Assembly (NCBI RefSeq): GCF_001194135.2
Contig: NC_068983.1
Span: 92,484,086 to 92,548,085, forward strand
Length of the DNA stretch: 64,000 nucleotides
Source of the DNA: Octopus bimaculoides
Taxonomy: Eukaryota
Direction: 5' to 3'
Part shown: one piece after another, positions 22,205 to 34,844 of the stretch
How positions within the stretch are numbered: position 1 is the stretch's first letter
Layout: each line of letters starts with the position of its first letter
Translations under genes and position numbers: made by a program
The notes under the pieces: generated by a model
Databases searched by the model: none
The model's input: the letters and a program-made list of their open reading frames with translations, nothing else
Told to the model about the DNA's origin: nothing

Positions 22205-24450
22205 TTTGGTTTGATAGAGGGATGGACAAGCAAAAAGTCTGTGTGAAATTCCAAAGACAAAATATATATTTATCATTTACAAAAATGTTGTTGTTGCAAT
22301 AAATGATAGAAAACAGGTGTCTGAACCAAGTGAATCAGTCATGTGTGTCCATGAGTCAGTTTGTGTGTGTCTGCAATAACAGTAGCTCTGAGTTCTGTAT
22401 CATGACCCACTGACTAGCTAGTAGGCACCCCCGTCTGTGTATATACATACATACATGCATGCATGCATACATACGTGCCTGCATATAGCTAATATCTGTC
22501 AAAGAAAGGGCTCCAAAAACAAAATTGTTAATTGTTATGTTGTTTGTCCCAAAAATGCTTGTTTACAACTCTGGGATTCTGCTGATTCTATTGTCTTTTC
22601 TCTGGTCAAACTGGTTACTAATAAAAAGCAAGTTTTTGATGCATTTATCAGAAAGTTGATAATGTTATCAATCCTTAACATCATCCTGTTTATTGCTTTT
22701 TTTTTTTACATCTGGACACAGTGATTGGGGTTCAATCCTGAGGCACTAAGTTTGTGTTTAGGACTGTCAATATTCCTGTTACAGGACTTCCCTGCCAGTG
22801 AAATGACTGGTAATGGTGAATTGAATGAAATGAGAAAAGTGCAGGGTTTGTTTGTGTAAAGTGTGTACCAGAATATGTATAGGATGGGTGAATGCAAGAA
22901 TAGGAGCACTGGTTAAATTGCACAGATGGTGAGCAGGTGGCCTGACTGAATAGAGCTACAGTATTGACAGAAGACTTTTTTTGTGCACATAGCAATACTG
23001 TTTTATATTTAAAACATTGTAAAAGCTTGAGGTTTGAAAACCTACAAAGCTAGGGGTGTGAAAAATATGCAAGGAAAACTAGAATCATAGTTGACTATTT
23101 GGCCAGAATATAATTTAAAAGTACTTGGTAAGAAGATCTGAAGATTTGAGAATTGAGAATACATATATGTATATGAGTTAGTTTTATTTAACCAAATGTT
23201 TGAGTGAGTGACTTGTGCATAGTCATGTGCATTTATGCCTGTGAGTTGGTGCAATATATACCTGTAGGTCAGTAGTTGTTTGCATATTCATGTGAATCTG
23301 AATAGGAACTTCATAGTGAACCAATTCAGCTATTTTCCCTGCTTCTAAGCAAAAGCAGCTGAAGTTGATTGTAGTAATTTTATGTATGCTGCTAGTAATG
23401 ATTTTGTTTATGAGATACCTGTATTCTTATTATGTGTGTGCTAGATACCTGAATTTATGTGAAATGTATGTGAATGTATACATGTTGATGTTTGTGCAAT
23501 ATATACATATTCAGATGTATGCATGTGAAAGTAGAAAGAAGGTGAAATCAGTAAAAAGTATTATTATTATTTTTTTTATGCAAGAAAAGGAGTTTACTGG
23601 TTGCTTTGGTGGGTATTTATATTGTTGGTGGTCTGCTATGTTAGTGTTCTTTTGGAAGTTGATGAAAATCTGTGTAGTGTTTTTGAGACAGTGTATTGAC
23701 AGGCTGTGAACATAGAAAAAGATCACTGATGGAAAAGAAATTTACAGAGAAAGTTTCACCAACATGGTAGTGTTGTTTTGAGAGTTGCTTCGTACATTGA
23801 GAAGTTGTATAGTTTTCTTGAGACTGGATCACCATTGTAATATAGAAATATTTTGGTTTGGTTGAGATATGTACAAAATGGTTGTGTGAAGTTCCAAATA
23901 TGAAATATATATCATTTACAAAAATGTCATTGTGATGAATGACAGAAAAAAGATATTTAAGCCAAGTGAGTCAGTTTGTGTGCCCAGTTTGTGTGTCTGT
24001 GTCTGCAATGACAGTTGCTGGGCATAGCACAAATTCTTGCAGCAAGCCAACTTAAGCTGTATCATGACCACTGACTAGCTAGCAGGCACACCATGTATAT
24101 ATAGTTAATGCCTGTCAAAGAAAAGATACCAAAGACAAAATTGTTAACAAGATTTCAATATGTTGTTTGTCCAAAAAAATAGTTGTTTACAATGCTGGGC
24201 TTCTAATGAATTAAATGTCTGTTGGTTCTATTGTTATTTCACTGGTCACACTGGCTACTGATAAAAAAATAAGCTTTAATGTGTTTTAAAACAAGCTTTA
24301 ATGTGTTTTTAGAGACTTGATGATTTCATCAATCTTTGACAACCTTCTCTTTATTGTTTAGTTCTTTCTACATCTGAACACATCTGACTGGGGTTCAGTT
24401 CCTAGGCAGTGAGTTTGTGTTTGGAGTTCTGCTAATATTTCTGGTACATA
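22205..24450 (+). repeat. Diverged direct repeat pair (~22205-22790 and ~23855-24450)
   Basis: Colinear shared blocks such as tatcatttacaaaaatgt, ctgtatcatgacc..ctgactagctag and ggggttca.t.cct.aggca..gagtttgtgttt. Confidence 0.8.
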
Positions 24451-24956
24451 TGTATAATTTTATTGTTGTTGTTGTTGTTGTTATTATTTAGATACAACTT
24501 TGTGTTTTTGTACTAATGTAAGAAATGTCATTGAAGTGGCATCATCTTCAGAGTATTTGTTTGGCACTTTACATTCTGAGTTAAAGTCCTATTAAGTTAT
24601 ACATTGTCTTTCATTCCTCTAAGATTGATAAATTAAAGTACCAATCAAGTATGAGGATTGATTTAATTAATTAACCCTTCAACACAAAATTTCTGATTCA
24701 TTACAGTATTGGACAGGTGTTATGTATAGTTCTTTACATTTTGAATTTAAACCCTACCAAGGACAATTTTACTTTTCGTCCTTCTGGAGTTGATAAATTA
24801 AATTAGCAGGGAAGTGCTAGGTTGATTTAATCAGCTAATCCCATCTCCAAATTTGTCCAAATGTGTGGCTTTCTGCCTATGTTAGAAATTACTAAATTCA
24901 TCCTGTTGTTGTTGTTACTACAACTTCTACTTTGCAGAAACATATCATACTAAATA

Positions 24957-25791
24957 TTGGATCATCTCATAAATAATGCAGTTTTTTTCAGTTACATGAA
25001 CTAAAAATCGGAGGGGGACAAGATAAACTACCTGCATCAACTTGTTATAAAAAGCAGGTAGTACTTTTACCGTGAACTTATTCTTAGTGCAAGGTTTGAA
25101 GAGTGCAGTTCGATTTTAGCAGTTATTTTTTCAAAGCTATAATGGAAGTGACAAAGGAGCATATTCAGCATATTTTGCTTTATGAGTTCAATAAAGGCAA
25201 CAATGCAATGAAAAGTGTGAGGAATATTAATGCAGTATACATGGATCGGACAATAAGTATAAACCAGTATCAACGGTGGTTCCAGAAATTCTGAGCTGGA
25301 AACTGTTGAGGAACTAGCAGAGAAGTTGGATTTGGTAATTCAACAAGTCATTCAAGTCAGCGTTAGAAGAAAAACAATCATCTTTGGTTTCAAGATGAAA
25401 GGTGTTCTTCCATCAGAATAATGCTTGGCCACATACAGCGAGGAGGACATTCCAAAGGCTGGAGCAGTTTGAATGGGAAACGTTGCCCCACCAACTATAT
25501 TCACTGGATATTGCCCCCATCTGATTATCATTTATTCTGCAGTTTTCAAAATCATTTGGATGGAAAGAATATGAATTCTGTAGACGAGGTCAGAACAGTA
25601 CTGGAGGAGTATTTTTCATCACGGCCAAGTGAATTTTGGAAGAGGGGCCTTGCAAGTCTACCAGATAGATGGAAGAGCATCGTAGAAAAGGAAGGAGAGT
25701 AGATTTTAGATTAAAAGAGAAGTTTGTTTATCTTAATTTTGAAAAATAAAAGAAGGATAAAAAGAAATGCATTATTTATGGGATGACCCAA
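24957..25791 (+). mobile_element. Internally deleted mariner, 835 bp with both TIRs
   Basis: TIRs ttggatcatctcataaataatgca and tgcattatttatgggatgacccaa, TA flanks. N-terminal HTH MEVTKEHIQHILLYEFNKG...RWFQKF and C-terminal YSLDIAPSDYHLF. WVPHEL and the first catalytic D region are absent. Confidence 0.92.
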
Positions 25792-26210
25792 TACAATCAT
25801 TGCCAAATTTAAGGATATAACAAACTGCTGATTAGGTCCTCCAGTCCACAGTGATTTCAAAAATAATTAAATGGCATGTATGTCTTCAATTTTTGTGAGA
25901 CCTGATGTAGTTTATTTAATAAGGAGTATCCAAGTTTTATGCAGCTTAGAGCTTCACCATCTTCAGCAATGATTGCATTGCAGTATTTAGCTTTGTCCCT
26001 CCACATTTTGAACTCAAACTTTACCACAACCAACATTTGCCTTTTATTTGTCCAGCAGGGGATAGTATTTGTGTCAAGCATGTACCAAAGTCAAATTTCA
26101 TCAATTATATGTTCCTATGCAAATTATTGGCGTTTGCCAAAGTATGACATTCATATTTGTTGCTGATAGTGTTACATTGTTGACTGAAATAACATCCTGT
26201 CTATCACTAG

Positions 26211-26300
26211 GAACCTGATAGTTTGACAAAGGAAAATAGAGAAAACACATTAGAACAACACCAAACTGATCTGAGCCCTTCTAAGTCTCAAATACCTGTT
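26211..26300 (+). CDS. scrib: scrib exon, EPDSLTKENRENTLEQHQTDLSPSKSQIPV
   Basis: Acceptor catcctgtctatcactag, donor GTT|gtgagt, 90 nt open, phase 0-0. Too short for the ORF track. Confidence 0.7.
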
Positions 26301-27211
26301 GTGAGTAATTTTATTGGATATTATTAAAGAAAATTTTACAAAGATAAATGTACCCTTTCTAGTTTACACTCTTTAATCTAATTGTAAACCCTCTTACCAA
26401 TGCGTCTACCCTTTCATACTCTAATATAAGGGTCACCACTATGTATAGCAATTCTTTCTCTTTCTGATTTCACAATTCCCCCAGCTATTTGGACATGATG
26501 ATTAATAAATATATTTGATGTGAAGCTGAAAGATTTGAATGACATTTATCAAACTGAAAATCTTTTGTTCCATTGATGACAGAAGATCAGACTTTTTACA
26601 ATAAAATAAACTAATGGCTGAAATAGAAACACACTTTTTATTGTAATATTCAAAAATGAGCATTGTCTTTAGTCTATGGTGGATCTTTTCAGCTGAAAGA
26701 GATTAGTTGAGTGAAGAAGATTAGGTGTGATTGATATGGAAAGTTCTTGACATGGTTATAAGAAAGCTAATCTAATAGCAACCATATTTGGTAATAAAGA
26801 TTAAATACACTGTGACAAGAGCATTTTCAATTACTGTGTTTATGGATGGTTTTTCCCATAGTCTGTGAACACGACTCAGTTCTGAGGGTCAGCAATTAAT
26901 ATATTACCTGAACACATAGAATTGCTTGAAATATTTAATGTGGAGTTTAGAGGTTTAGAAACAGAATGTATGTGGTAAGAAACATAGAAGTAAGTGTAAT
27001 GATTTGGTTCAAGTAGAGAGGTTGATGCAACAGAATACTCCAGTTGTCTTAGAGGCAACATAATGATGAATTAGGAACTTTTTGTGGGAGATGGTTTATT
27101 GATCAATCAAGTGACAGAAAATGAAGGTCTTATCAAATGATTATAAATATATGTAAAAGAATTAATTATTAAGACAGCTTAATTTACTTAGCATTATTCT
27201 TGTCTAAACAG

Positions 27212-27490
27212 CACACCAAACTAGCACCAGGAACCAAACCTCCAATTCCTATCAAAAGAAAGTCACTCACATTACTGTCCAAAACTGCTGTAAACTCTGA
27301 AATTCCTGTAAAGAAGTGTGATACACTAAGCAGCACTTACAATTCCAATGATATAAATGTAGACCACAAACCTCTAGCCTTCAGCCAAGATGCACTGCTG
27401 GCCTCCACATTACCTATTGTGCACCCTGACACTATTCAGACATTTGAAAATGCCCAACAGTTACATGATAATTCATTGCAAAATATGAAG
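27212..27490 (+). CDS. scrib: scrib exon, HTKLAPGTKPPIPIKRKS...HDNSLQNMK (93 aa)
   Basis: Acceptor attcttgtctaaacag, donor AAG|gtaaga, 279 nt open, phase 0-0. Coincides with ORF 27200-27499. Confidence 0.75.
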
Positions 27491-27829
27491 GTAAGATGAG
27501 TTTTGGAGAGTTTTTTTTTTGTTTTTGCTCCACTTTTCAGAAATGTCTACCAGTTGAAGTCAAGAAAATATTTGTATCAGTAAAACTGATTGACTATTAA
27601 ACTCATCAGCTCTACTTAAAGCAAATAAACATATGCTTTCTCCTCTCCTTATCGTCATTATACCATCACCACTGTTATATCCTCCCTCTACATCCCTTTA
27701 TCATCATCATCATACTATCATCAGAGTTATAGGTTACCTCTTTCATTTATCATTATCATTACCATCGTAAGAATGTGTTCATCACGTTTGGGTGGCATAT
27801 CTTGAAGAAAATGCAAGTTAATCAGAAGA

Positions 27830-29000
27830 TAATAAGAATAATGAACTTATTACCTCACTAAATGGGGGGAAGAGAGTGATATGGATGCTGAACTGGAAAC
27901 ACCTATAAACAACTGTGTTGAAAACCATCAAACTTTGTGAACAAGGAATAGATCACCTAAACAAAAACATGTTTCAAAGATGATTGTGCTTCACAAATCA
28001 GGACGCATAATTCAATATAAACTTACAAATGATGAGGATCTGGAATGGTGGAGATTGAATATAAGCATGAAAGGTAAAACAGAAAGGGATAAAAAAAACA
28101 AAACAAATATTAATTGAATGTAGTTAGGGAATAAGATGAACCATTTTGGTTCAATTTTGAGCATAAGGTATCTGAATGACAAGCAAATGAAGATAAACAA
28201 AAACAAAGAAGCATCCTTTAGATGAAGAAAATGTGATGATTTCCTCCTCTGCATAGACAAAGCAATAAAAAGGGAGTTGAACTGAGAATTTATACGCAGG
28301 TACTTGACAATAATATGCAGATACCCAAAATATCAGAAGATGAATTTATACAAATAGAATGTTGGATGATAAACAAATTTGTAAAGTTGGACTTATGGCA
28401 AGAGGCTTTCAGTATAGAGCTGCTAGTAATATTACCAATCGCTCATTCACATGTTTAAATGAGAGTCTACATATCGCATTAGGAATTATGGCATTTAATG
28501 ACTGAGTATGCAACTCAATGGACATTAAGCCTACATTTTTACATAGTGAACTATCAAACAGATTAGTTTCCTTAAACTTTTCAAATACATAAATAGCCGA
28601 CTGATGCTTCAAGATTCTAGTATCTGACGATCAGAGAGGAATTAATAAAGTTAGCAGTCATCTCTAAATATGATCAAACAATATTTACATGGTATTGTGG
28701 AGAAACAAACTTCATGGAACCATTCCAACTCTGATTGATGATTTCTTCTTCAAAGATCTTTCTTATCCAAGTAGATTCCTTCATAAAATACTTAAAGCCA
28801 GGTCTGAAGAAGTAACAGAGTTTCAGTATACTGGATTTAAATGGAAATATTGGAAAAGAATGGGAATGATATGAAACTTGGACAAGATGGATATGTAAAG
28901 AAATTGAAGCATATTTTAACATGAAGAGATCAAATCTCACCAACATGTTTCTTATAGAAATTTTTAATTGGAATATTAAAGAACAATATCAGAAATGTAA
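27830..29000 (+). mobile_element. Possible highly degraded retroelement (Penelope-like) coding remnant
   Basis: Coding-like purine-rich texture with broken frames; no clean catalytic motif. A similarly degraded stretch lies on minus at ~33700-34800. Confidence 0.25.
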
Positions 29001-29024
29001 AAATAACTAGCAAAACAAACAATT

Positions 29025-29200
29025 CTTACTTGTTTCAGTCCTTTGACTGTGGCCATGCTGGAGTACTGCCTCTAGTCAAGCAAATCTACCCCAGGACTTA
29101 TTCTTTGTAAGCCTACTACTTATTCAATCAGTCTCTTTTGCTGAACTACTAAGTTATGGGGATGTAAATGCACCAACATCAGTTGTCAAGCGATGCTGGG
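29025..29200. mobile_element. SINE-like dispersed repeat (third family); second copy at ~47865-48040
   Basis: ttacttgtttcagtc.tttgactgtggcca.gctggag.actgc...ccccaggacttattct.tgtaagccta is shared between the two sites. Confidence 0.7.
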
Positions 29201-29302
29201 AGGACAAACACAGACACATCTACACACACACATACATATACAAGGCAAAGCAAACATCTCAAGTCGTATACAATATTATTATTAGAAAAAATTCAAAGTC
29301 TT

Positions 29303-29580
29303 TGTAGTGTGATGGAGGAAAAAGACAACAGAACAAAACAAAAGGGAGAAAGAGATACAGTGACCTTACCTGTTGATCATGGCGGGATGAGCGATCACTG
29401 ACTGGATCAAAACGTGACCTTTAACATGCGCCGTCTCTGCTTGAACTTCCCACACGTGCTCTGTGTCCACGCATACCCCTGTGGCCCTTCTGCCGGCCCC
29501 TGCAGTTTTCACTTCCATTTGCTTCATCTGCAATCCTCTCCACCAACACCACATAGCTCATCACAGCCCAGAACACCACA
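29303..29580 (-). repeat. 3' LTR of the compact Gypsy element
   Basis: 278 bp. I count 22 substitutions against 33403-33680 (~92% identity), about 19 of them transitions, many at CpG. Confidence 0.95.
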
Positions 29581-32500
29581 TGTAACACTGATCTACAGAT
29601 CATTCAACCGGCTTTCCCACTCTATCCTTGCTCCCGAACTCACACCTTAATTGGTTTCATAATCAGCCAACCAGGGAAGAGGGTGCCGCTCCCTCTGTGG
29701 TCACTGTGCAACCCCGGGACTGGCCTGAGTTCCTGGTACACTGCTGCTGGCTTCATCATCTTGCCTACTGCTGCTGTCTTCATTTTCTTGCCCACTGCTA
29801 CTGTCTTCATTTTCTTGCCCACTGCTACTGTCTTCATCTTCTTGCCCACTGCTGCTGGTTTGATCCTCTGAGGCATTGACAATCTTCAGCACATCCAAAA
29901 CATGGCCTGACATACCATCAACAGAGACGTTGTTCTTTGAATTGATGGAGGTTATTGTTCTTTTTCCCCATTGTGATATACACCGTGCATTTGGGGGTTT
30001 TACCCAAACTTCTTCTCTGATCTGCACAAAGGCGTGCTTTTCCCCTCCCCCGGGTTGCATTGATGCAGTACACGGAGGCCTCCACTTGTACCTGAATATT
30101 GCCCTGTGTGGCACCGACTCCTCAGCCTGTCCTGACCTAGGCGACATATTGTACCAAAATATGGCCTCGGTTGGTGAAATGTGGCCCCTCTCTGCCATGG
30201 TCTTGATGGTACGATGATGCCTTTCCACCACTCCATTTCCACTTGGCTGGTATGCCGCCCTGAAGAAGCGGCCAACCTGCCACCCATCAAGCATTTCTTT
30301 CAGCACCTCCGAGCGAAATGCAGTGCCATTATCCAGAAGCAGCTCATCCATGGGGCCTTGTTCCAGGAATATCTCATTCACGCGATTTCCTCTGCAGTCT
30401 CTGTCTTCATCTCCCTCCATATGGCCATCCGCCCAGGTCTGCAGTCAACTATTGAGAGGTACGTCCCCTGCCGGTAGTATGTTATGTCCACTGCCAGTCA
30501 TTTCCAGTTGTGGTCCACTAGAATACTTCCCGCCTCATGTACGCCCAAAGCAGGGTCAATAGACTGGCACCTGTCACAGCTGCTAACCACTTTCTGCACG
30601 CTCCGTCTTGTTACCTCGGAGTCGACTTTCCTGGCTAGGNNNNNNNNNNAACCACTTTCTGCACGCTCCGTCTTGTTACCTCGGAGTCGACTTTCCTGGC
30701 TAGGAACAATGTCCTGTCCACTCCCATGTGATGCATGGTATGCAGTCTCTTCAGCTCCAAGTAACTTAGACAGCATACTGCAGCCACAGCCTGCTCCACA
30801 TCCTCTGGCACCTACAATCAGGCTCGCTTTATCCTGGTCAGGACGTCTACCCTGTTCTTCTCAGAAGGCACAAAAATCACACTCAGCTTCAGATCGAACT
30901 CTGCGGTTAGCTCACCCAGTATCCCCAATCGACGCTTTACCAACATCTCTGCGACCCCTTTGGTTCGCACCCTACGCTCATTGGTGATGACTGCCGTTAC
31001 CCAACCAAGCACAGTGGCCGAATCGGTCCTAATTTCTATGGTGTGCAGCCCCCACTTTAAGGCCAGGTTCACCCCCTTCAACACGGCATCCAACTCTGCC
31101 ACATTGATATGGTTGCAGTCATCCATCTTCCTGAGCCAGGCTGTATCTTCCACCATGACACCTCCCATTTCCAAGATGATCCCTATTGTGATGGTACTGG
31201 CGTCACACCATACGATCTTGCTCTTTGATTTGGGAACATATCAACTGGCCCTCACTGGATCCTCTGCTCTCACTCTGACCAAGACTTCCTGCATCATGTC
31301 GGTCGTCTTCTCCCCCATTTTATCATTCCACTTCACTCCTTCGGCTCATCTCTTGATAAAGTTACATGCTGTCCGGAGCCATCCTGCAACCGAGTAGTGT
31401 CCCACCAGTTTCCCACACACCAAGAACAGTTCCCATCTACTCATGCTGGTGCCTAGTTCGCGGATCTCGTTCCCTCGCCGAAACACCAACGCACCGGCCT
31501 TGTCTCTCCATAGCTTGAGCCCCAGTGTAGCGCCTCCCTCCATCGCCTTTGGTGGCTTGGTGATCACTCCAGAACTCTTCAGGTGGCCTATGACCTCCAT
31601 TGCTGGCATTATGGTTTCATCCTCAAGGATGTCATCGATGTACGAATTGGTGGCCCTTTTTACTCTGTCCACCTTTCCCAGGATGGCCTTGAGAATTGTT
31701 GCAATAATCTTTGGCACCGAATTTAGCCCAAAACCCAGCCTGGTCAGACAGTATGTCCGGCCCTTATACCTGACAAGCTGATGCTTCCACAGTCTCTCAG
31801 CCACATGCACCTGCAGGTATGCCGACTTCAAATCGACGATCATGGCGGCCCCTGTCATTTGCCTCCACTCTCGCAAGGTGTCCCCACAGATATCTGTGGC
31901 CTCGCCGCCCCTATGACATGATATGTGGTCATTCAGCTCTCAGAAATCAAGCACTGGTTTGACCTTATGCTTTGTGGGCTGTGCCACCGCCATCAGTAGC
32001 AGGACTCCACTCTCTACTTCTTCCCAAGGGATCAAAATAATCCACTGCTCCCCCTCCCCCTCGAACTCGCTTCTGGCATCTCCTTTCAAAGTATGCTGAT
32101 AGCAGCCGACTCTCATTTTTTAACATCGGGGGCTCTCCCTTCCAGTGCCACTCCACTGTCCACCTCTGGCCATCGAAGACAGCAAGAAAGTCCTGGTCTT
32201 CAATGGTGTGTGCAGCATAGTTTTCTTCACGGTTCTCACCAATGCACGGTCTTGCCATACATGGTTTCCACACAACCCCGAATGTTACACCGGCCTCGTT
32301 GACAGTGACACCTCCTAAACGGGTGATTGCATCCATCCCCATCACCACGTCAATCTCATCCACCAAGTGGCCAACTACAATTGCTTGCAGCATCAGCTTT
32401 GTTCCCTGCACCACAATCTGCGCATCTGTAATGCCTTCACAGTGTACCTCTCTCCTCCGTCGACTGCCCTCACACTGCTTTCTCCACTCCACGTCTCTAA

Positions 32501-32784
32501 TACTCCTGGAGTCATCAGGGTCATCATACAGCCCGTGTCTACAAGGGCTCGCGACATCTTCCCCTCCACCAGAATGTGGACAACGGGGAGCAACAAACGC
32601 GCCTCTATTGATCCAAAGGGATGACCACTGGCGCAGTAGTCTCTCTTAGACTGTTTCCCTGCAGAAATTTGCTGGCTATATGTCCTGTTTCTCGACACCG
32701 ATAGCAAATGACTTCAGGCTTGGGTAACTTGCAGTCTTTCACCATGTGCGGGCCCTGACACTGGAAACACTGTCCTTTGAATGG

Positions 32785-33363
32785 TCACACACGTTCCTTG
32801 TTCGACCCCTCTCCGCTACTCCTTGCTCGGCCACTTTTCGCTATTGCAGTTGCCACTAACGGCATTGACCTGCAACACGAAATTAGCACACGAGCCCTAG
32901 TTATGATATCCACCATCACCATCGAGTTGATGTTTGGCAGCTTTTGCAACTTGACCGACATGTGGTCAGGAAAGCTAGTCACAAACGCTAACTTAACCAT
33001 CCGGTCCAGCGATTCTCCTTCGTACCCCGCCAGTTTAGCCAATCTCCTGGGTTCGTTGGCAAATACGTCAACCTGTTCACCAGTCCACGTTGCTTTCCCC
33101 AGGCGAGCGTAAGCTTCGAACATGCCTTCTGCAAAGGCCTCCATCAAGCAGATTTCTATTTTTTCCGCTCTAAGTTGGTCCCTCTCTTCCATTTCTAAGT
33201 ATAGCGCCAATGCTGAACCATCTAGGTACAGCGGTAGAAAACTCACTAAGTCATCTATCCCATGGAGCTTCGCAACCAACTTCATCTTCTTTAGCCAAGC
33301 GATTACATCCGTGTCACCGCAAAACGGTTTGATCATATTGTTCAAAATATGGACTATACTCAT
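32785..33363 (-). pseudogene. gag ORF of the compact Gypsy element (192 aa, stop just before the zinc knuckle)
   Basis: MIKPFCGDTDVIAWLKKMKLVAKL...FLPLYLDGSALALY. After the TGA the same frame gives CFQCQGPHMVKDC (C-x2-C-x3-H-x4-C). Confidence 0.8.
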
Positions 33364-33402
33364 AATTCTTTTTTTTGTTTTTTGTTATGGACCGAAATAG
33401 CT

Positions 33403-33689
33403 TGTAGTGTGATGGAAGAAAAAGACAACAGAACAAAGCAAAAGGGAGAAAGAGATAGAGCGACCTTACCTGTTGACTGTGGCGGGATGAGCAATCACTG
33501 ATTGGATCAAAACACGACCTTTAACATGCGCCATCTCTGCTCAAACTGCCCACACGTGCTCTGTGTCCATGCATGCCCTTGTGGCCCTTCTGCTGACCCC
33601 TGCAGTCTTCACTTCCATTTGCTTCATCTGCAATCCTCTCCACCAACACCACATAGCTCATCACAGCCCATAACACCACAAACACCACA
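33403..33689 (-). repeat. 5' LTR of the compact Gypsy element, with a 9-bp terminal duplication
   Basis: Matches 29303-29580. aacaccaca is repeated at 33672-33680 and 33681-33689 before the TSD. Confidence 0.95.
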
Positions 33690-34844
33690 GTCTTACAGCT
33701 GTTTCTGGGATATCCCCGAGTATGGGATATTCCGTCATCAGAGGCAAATAGGGAAAATGAAAATGGTGTATATTAATGAGATAATGACATAGAGAAAGGG
33801 AATAAAAGAATAAAAAGATGAAAAGAAAGAAGAAAAAAAGAAGCATAAAAGTTCATAGTTCAACTTTCTGAAGTTATAGAAATAAGAGCATAAATCTTTA
33901 GGTGCAATCCTGCATAGATCCATGAGTGTAAGTCCTTAGTTGCAATCCTGCCTAGATCCATGCGGGTTAAAATCCTGATAGAGTAGACATCCAGAGAAAA
34001 AAGATGCGAACATATCAATGTTCAATGAGAGAATGGTAGCAGAGGTTGCGATTAAGTGGTAAAAGGACAGAAAAGAAAAGAAATAGAAAGAGGAGTAGAT
34101 AGAGTGTGGGGGTGAATATAAGGATTGGCTATAGGATAAAGTATTGTGTATAGGTGTATGGTGTAGCTAAGAATATAAGAGAGAGGATGATAGGGTAAAA
34201 AAAATAGCAAAATGAAAGGAACTTAAAGAGGGTAGTAGGTATCTGTGGCAGTCTTAAAGTCTATAATTGTTGGGAAGGAAAATCTAGTAGTAAATGATTG
34301 TGTCCGTTCTGGCTAAGGTCAGTGGCTGTAGAGTTATTTTTAGCAAAGGGTTTATGGATGTGTAGGTAGTCAAGAATGGAGGAGCTAGTTGAATGTTAAA
34401 TTATTTATGAGTGGGAGTTAGAGTTAGGTATTAGGGGATTTATATAGGGGACTTATTGGTTTAAAGTTTAAAAATAAATTAAGGATAAATTAAAGAATTA
34501 ATATTTATCTCATAAAGTGATGAAGTAAGGTAGATAGAAGAGATGTAATATATAAGGTAGAAATAAGAGATATAGAGGGGTATGTGTTAATGATCATAGG
34601 GGTTTGTATGTGGGTACTATTCATGGGGGATGAAGTTACATTTAAATTTATGAAAGAATTTAAAAGTGCGGAAGAATTTGTGCTTACATCCAGTGAAGGC
34701 CTTGTTTTTATTAAGCAATTATGGTGAGTTGTAGGTTAAAATTTTGAGGTCTTTTTTTAAACAGAGTCCACAACTGGAGTGTTGGCCCTGATATGGGATA
34801 CCTGAATCTATTATAGCCCAGGAAAATATATAAATATATATATG

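Larger units (their letters stand above)
29303..33689 (-). mobile_element. Compact (~4.4 kb) Ty3/Gypsy-type LTR retrotransposon, structurally complete but with broken ORFs
   Basis: LTRs 29303-29580 and 33403-33680 (TG...CA), TSD GTCTT (29298-29302 and 33690-33694). Minus-strand order is gag, protease (ALVDTGC), RT (DLKSAYLQ; YIDD at 31631-31642), RNase H (HINVAELDAV...RTDSATV), integrase (CDRCQSID; DNGTAFRS; GVVERHHRT). Confidence 0.95.

Noticed and set aside
30585-30704. Perfect 55-bp direct repeat inside the Gypsy integrase
   Set aside because: The two copies (30585-30639 and 30650-30704) flank a 10-N gap, which is the signature of an unmerged contig overlap rather than biology.
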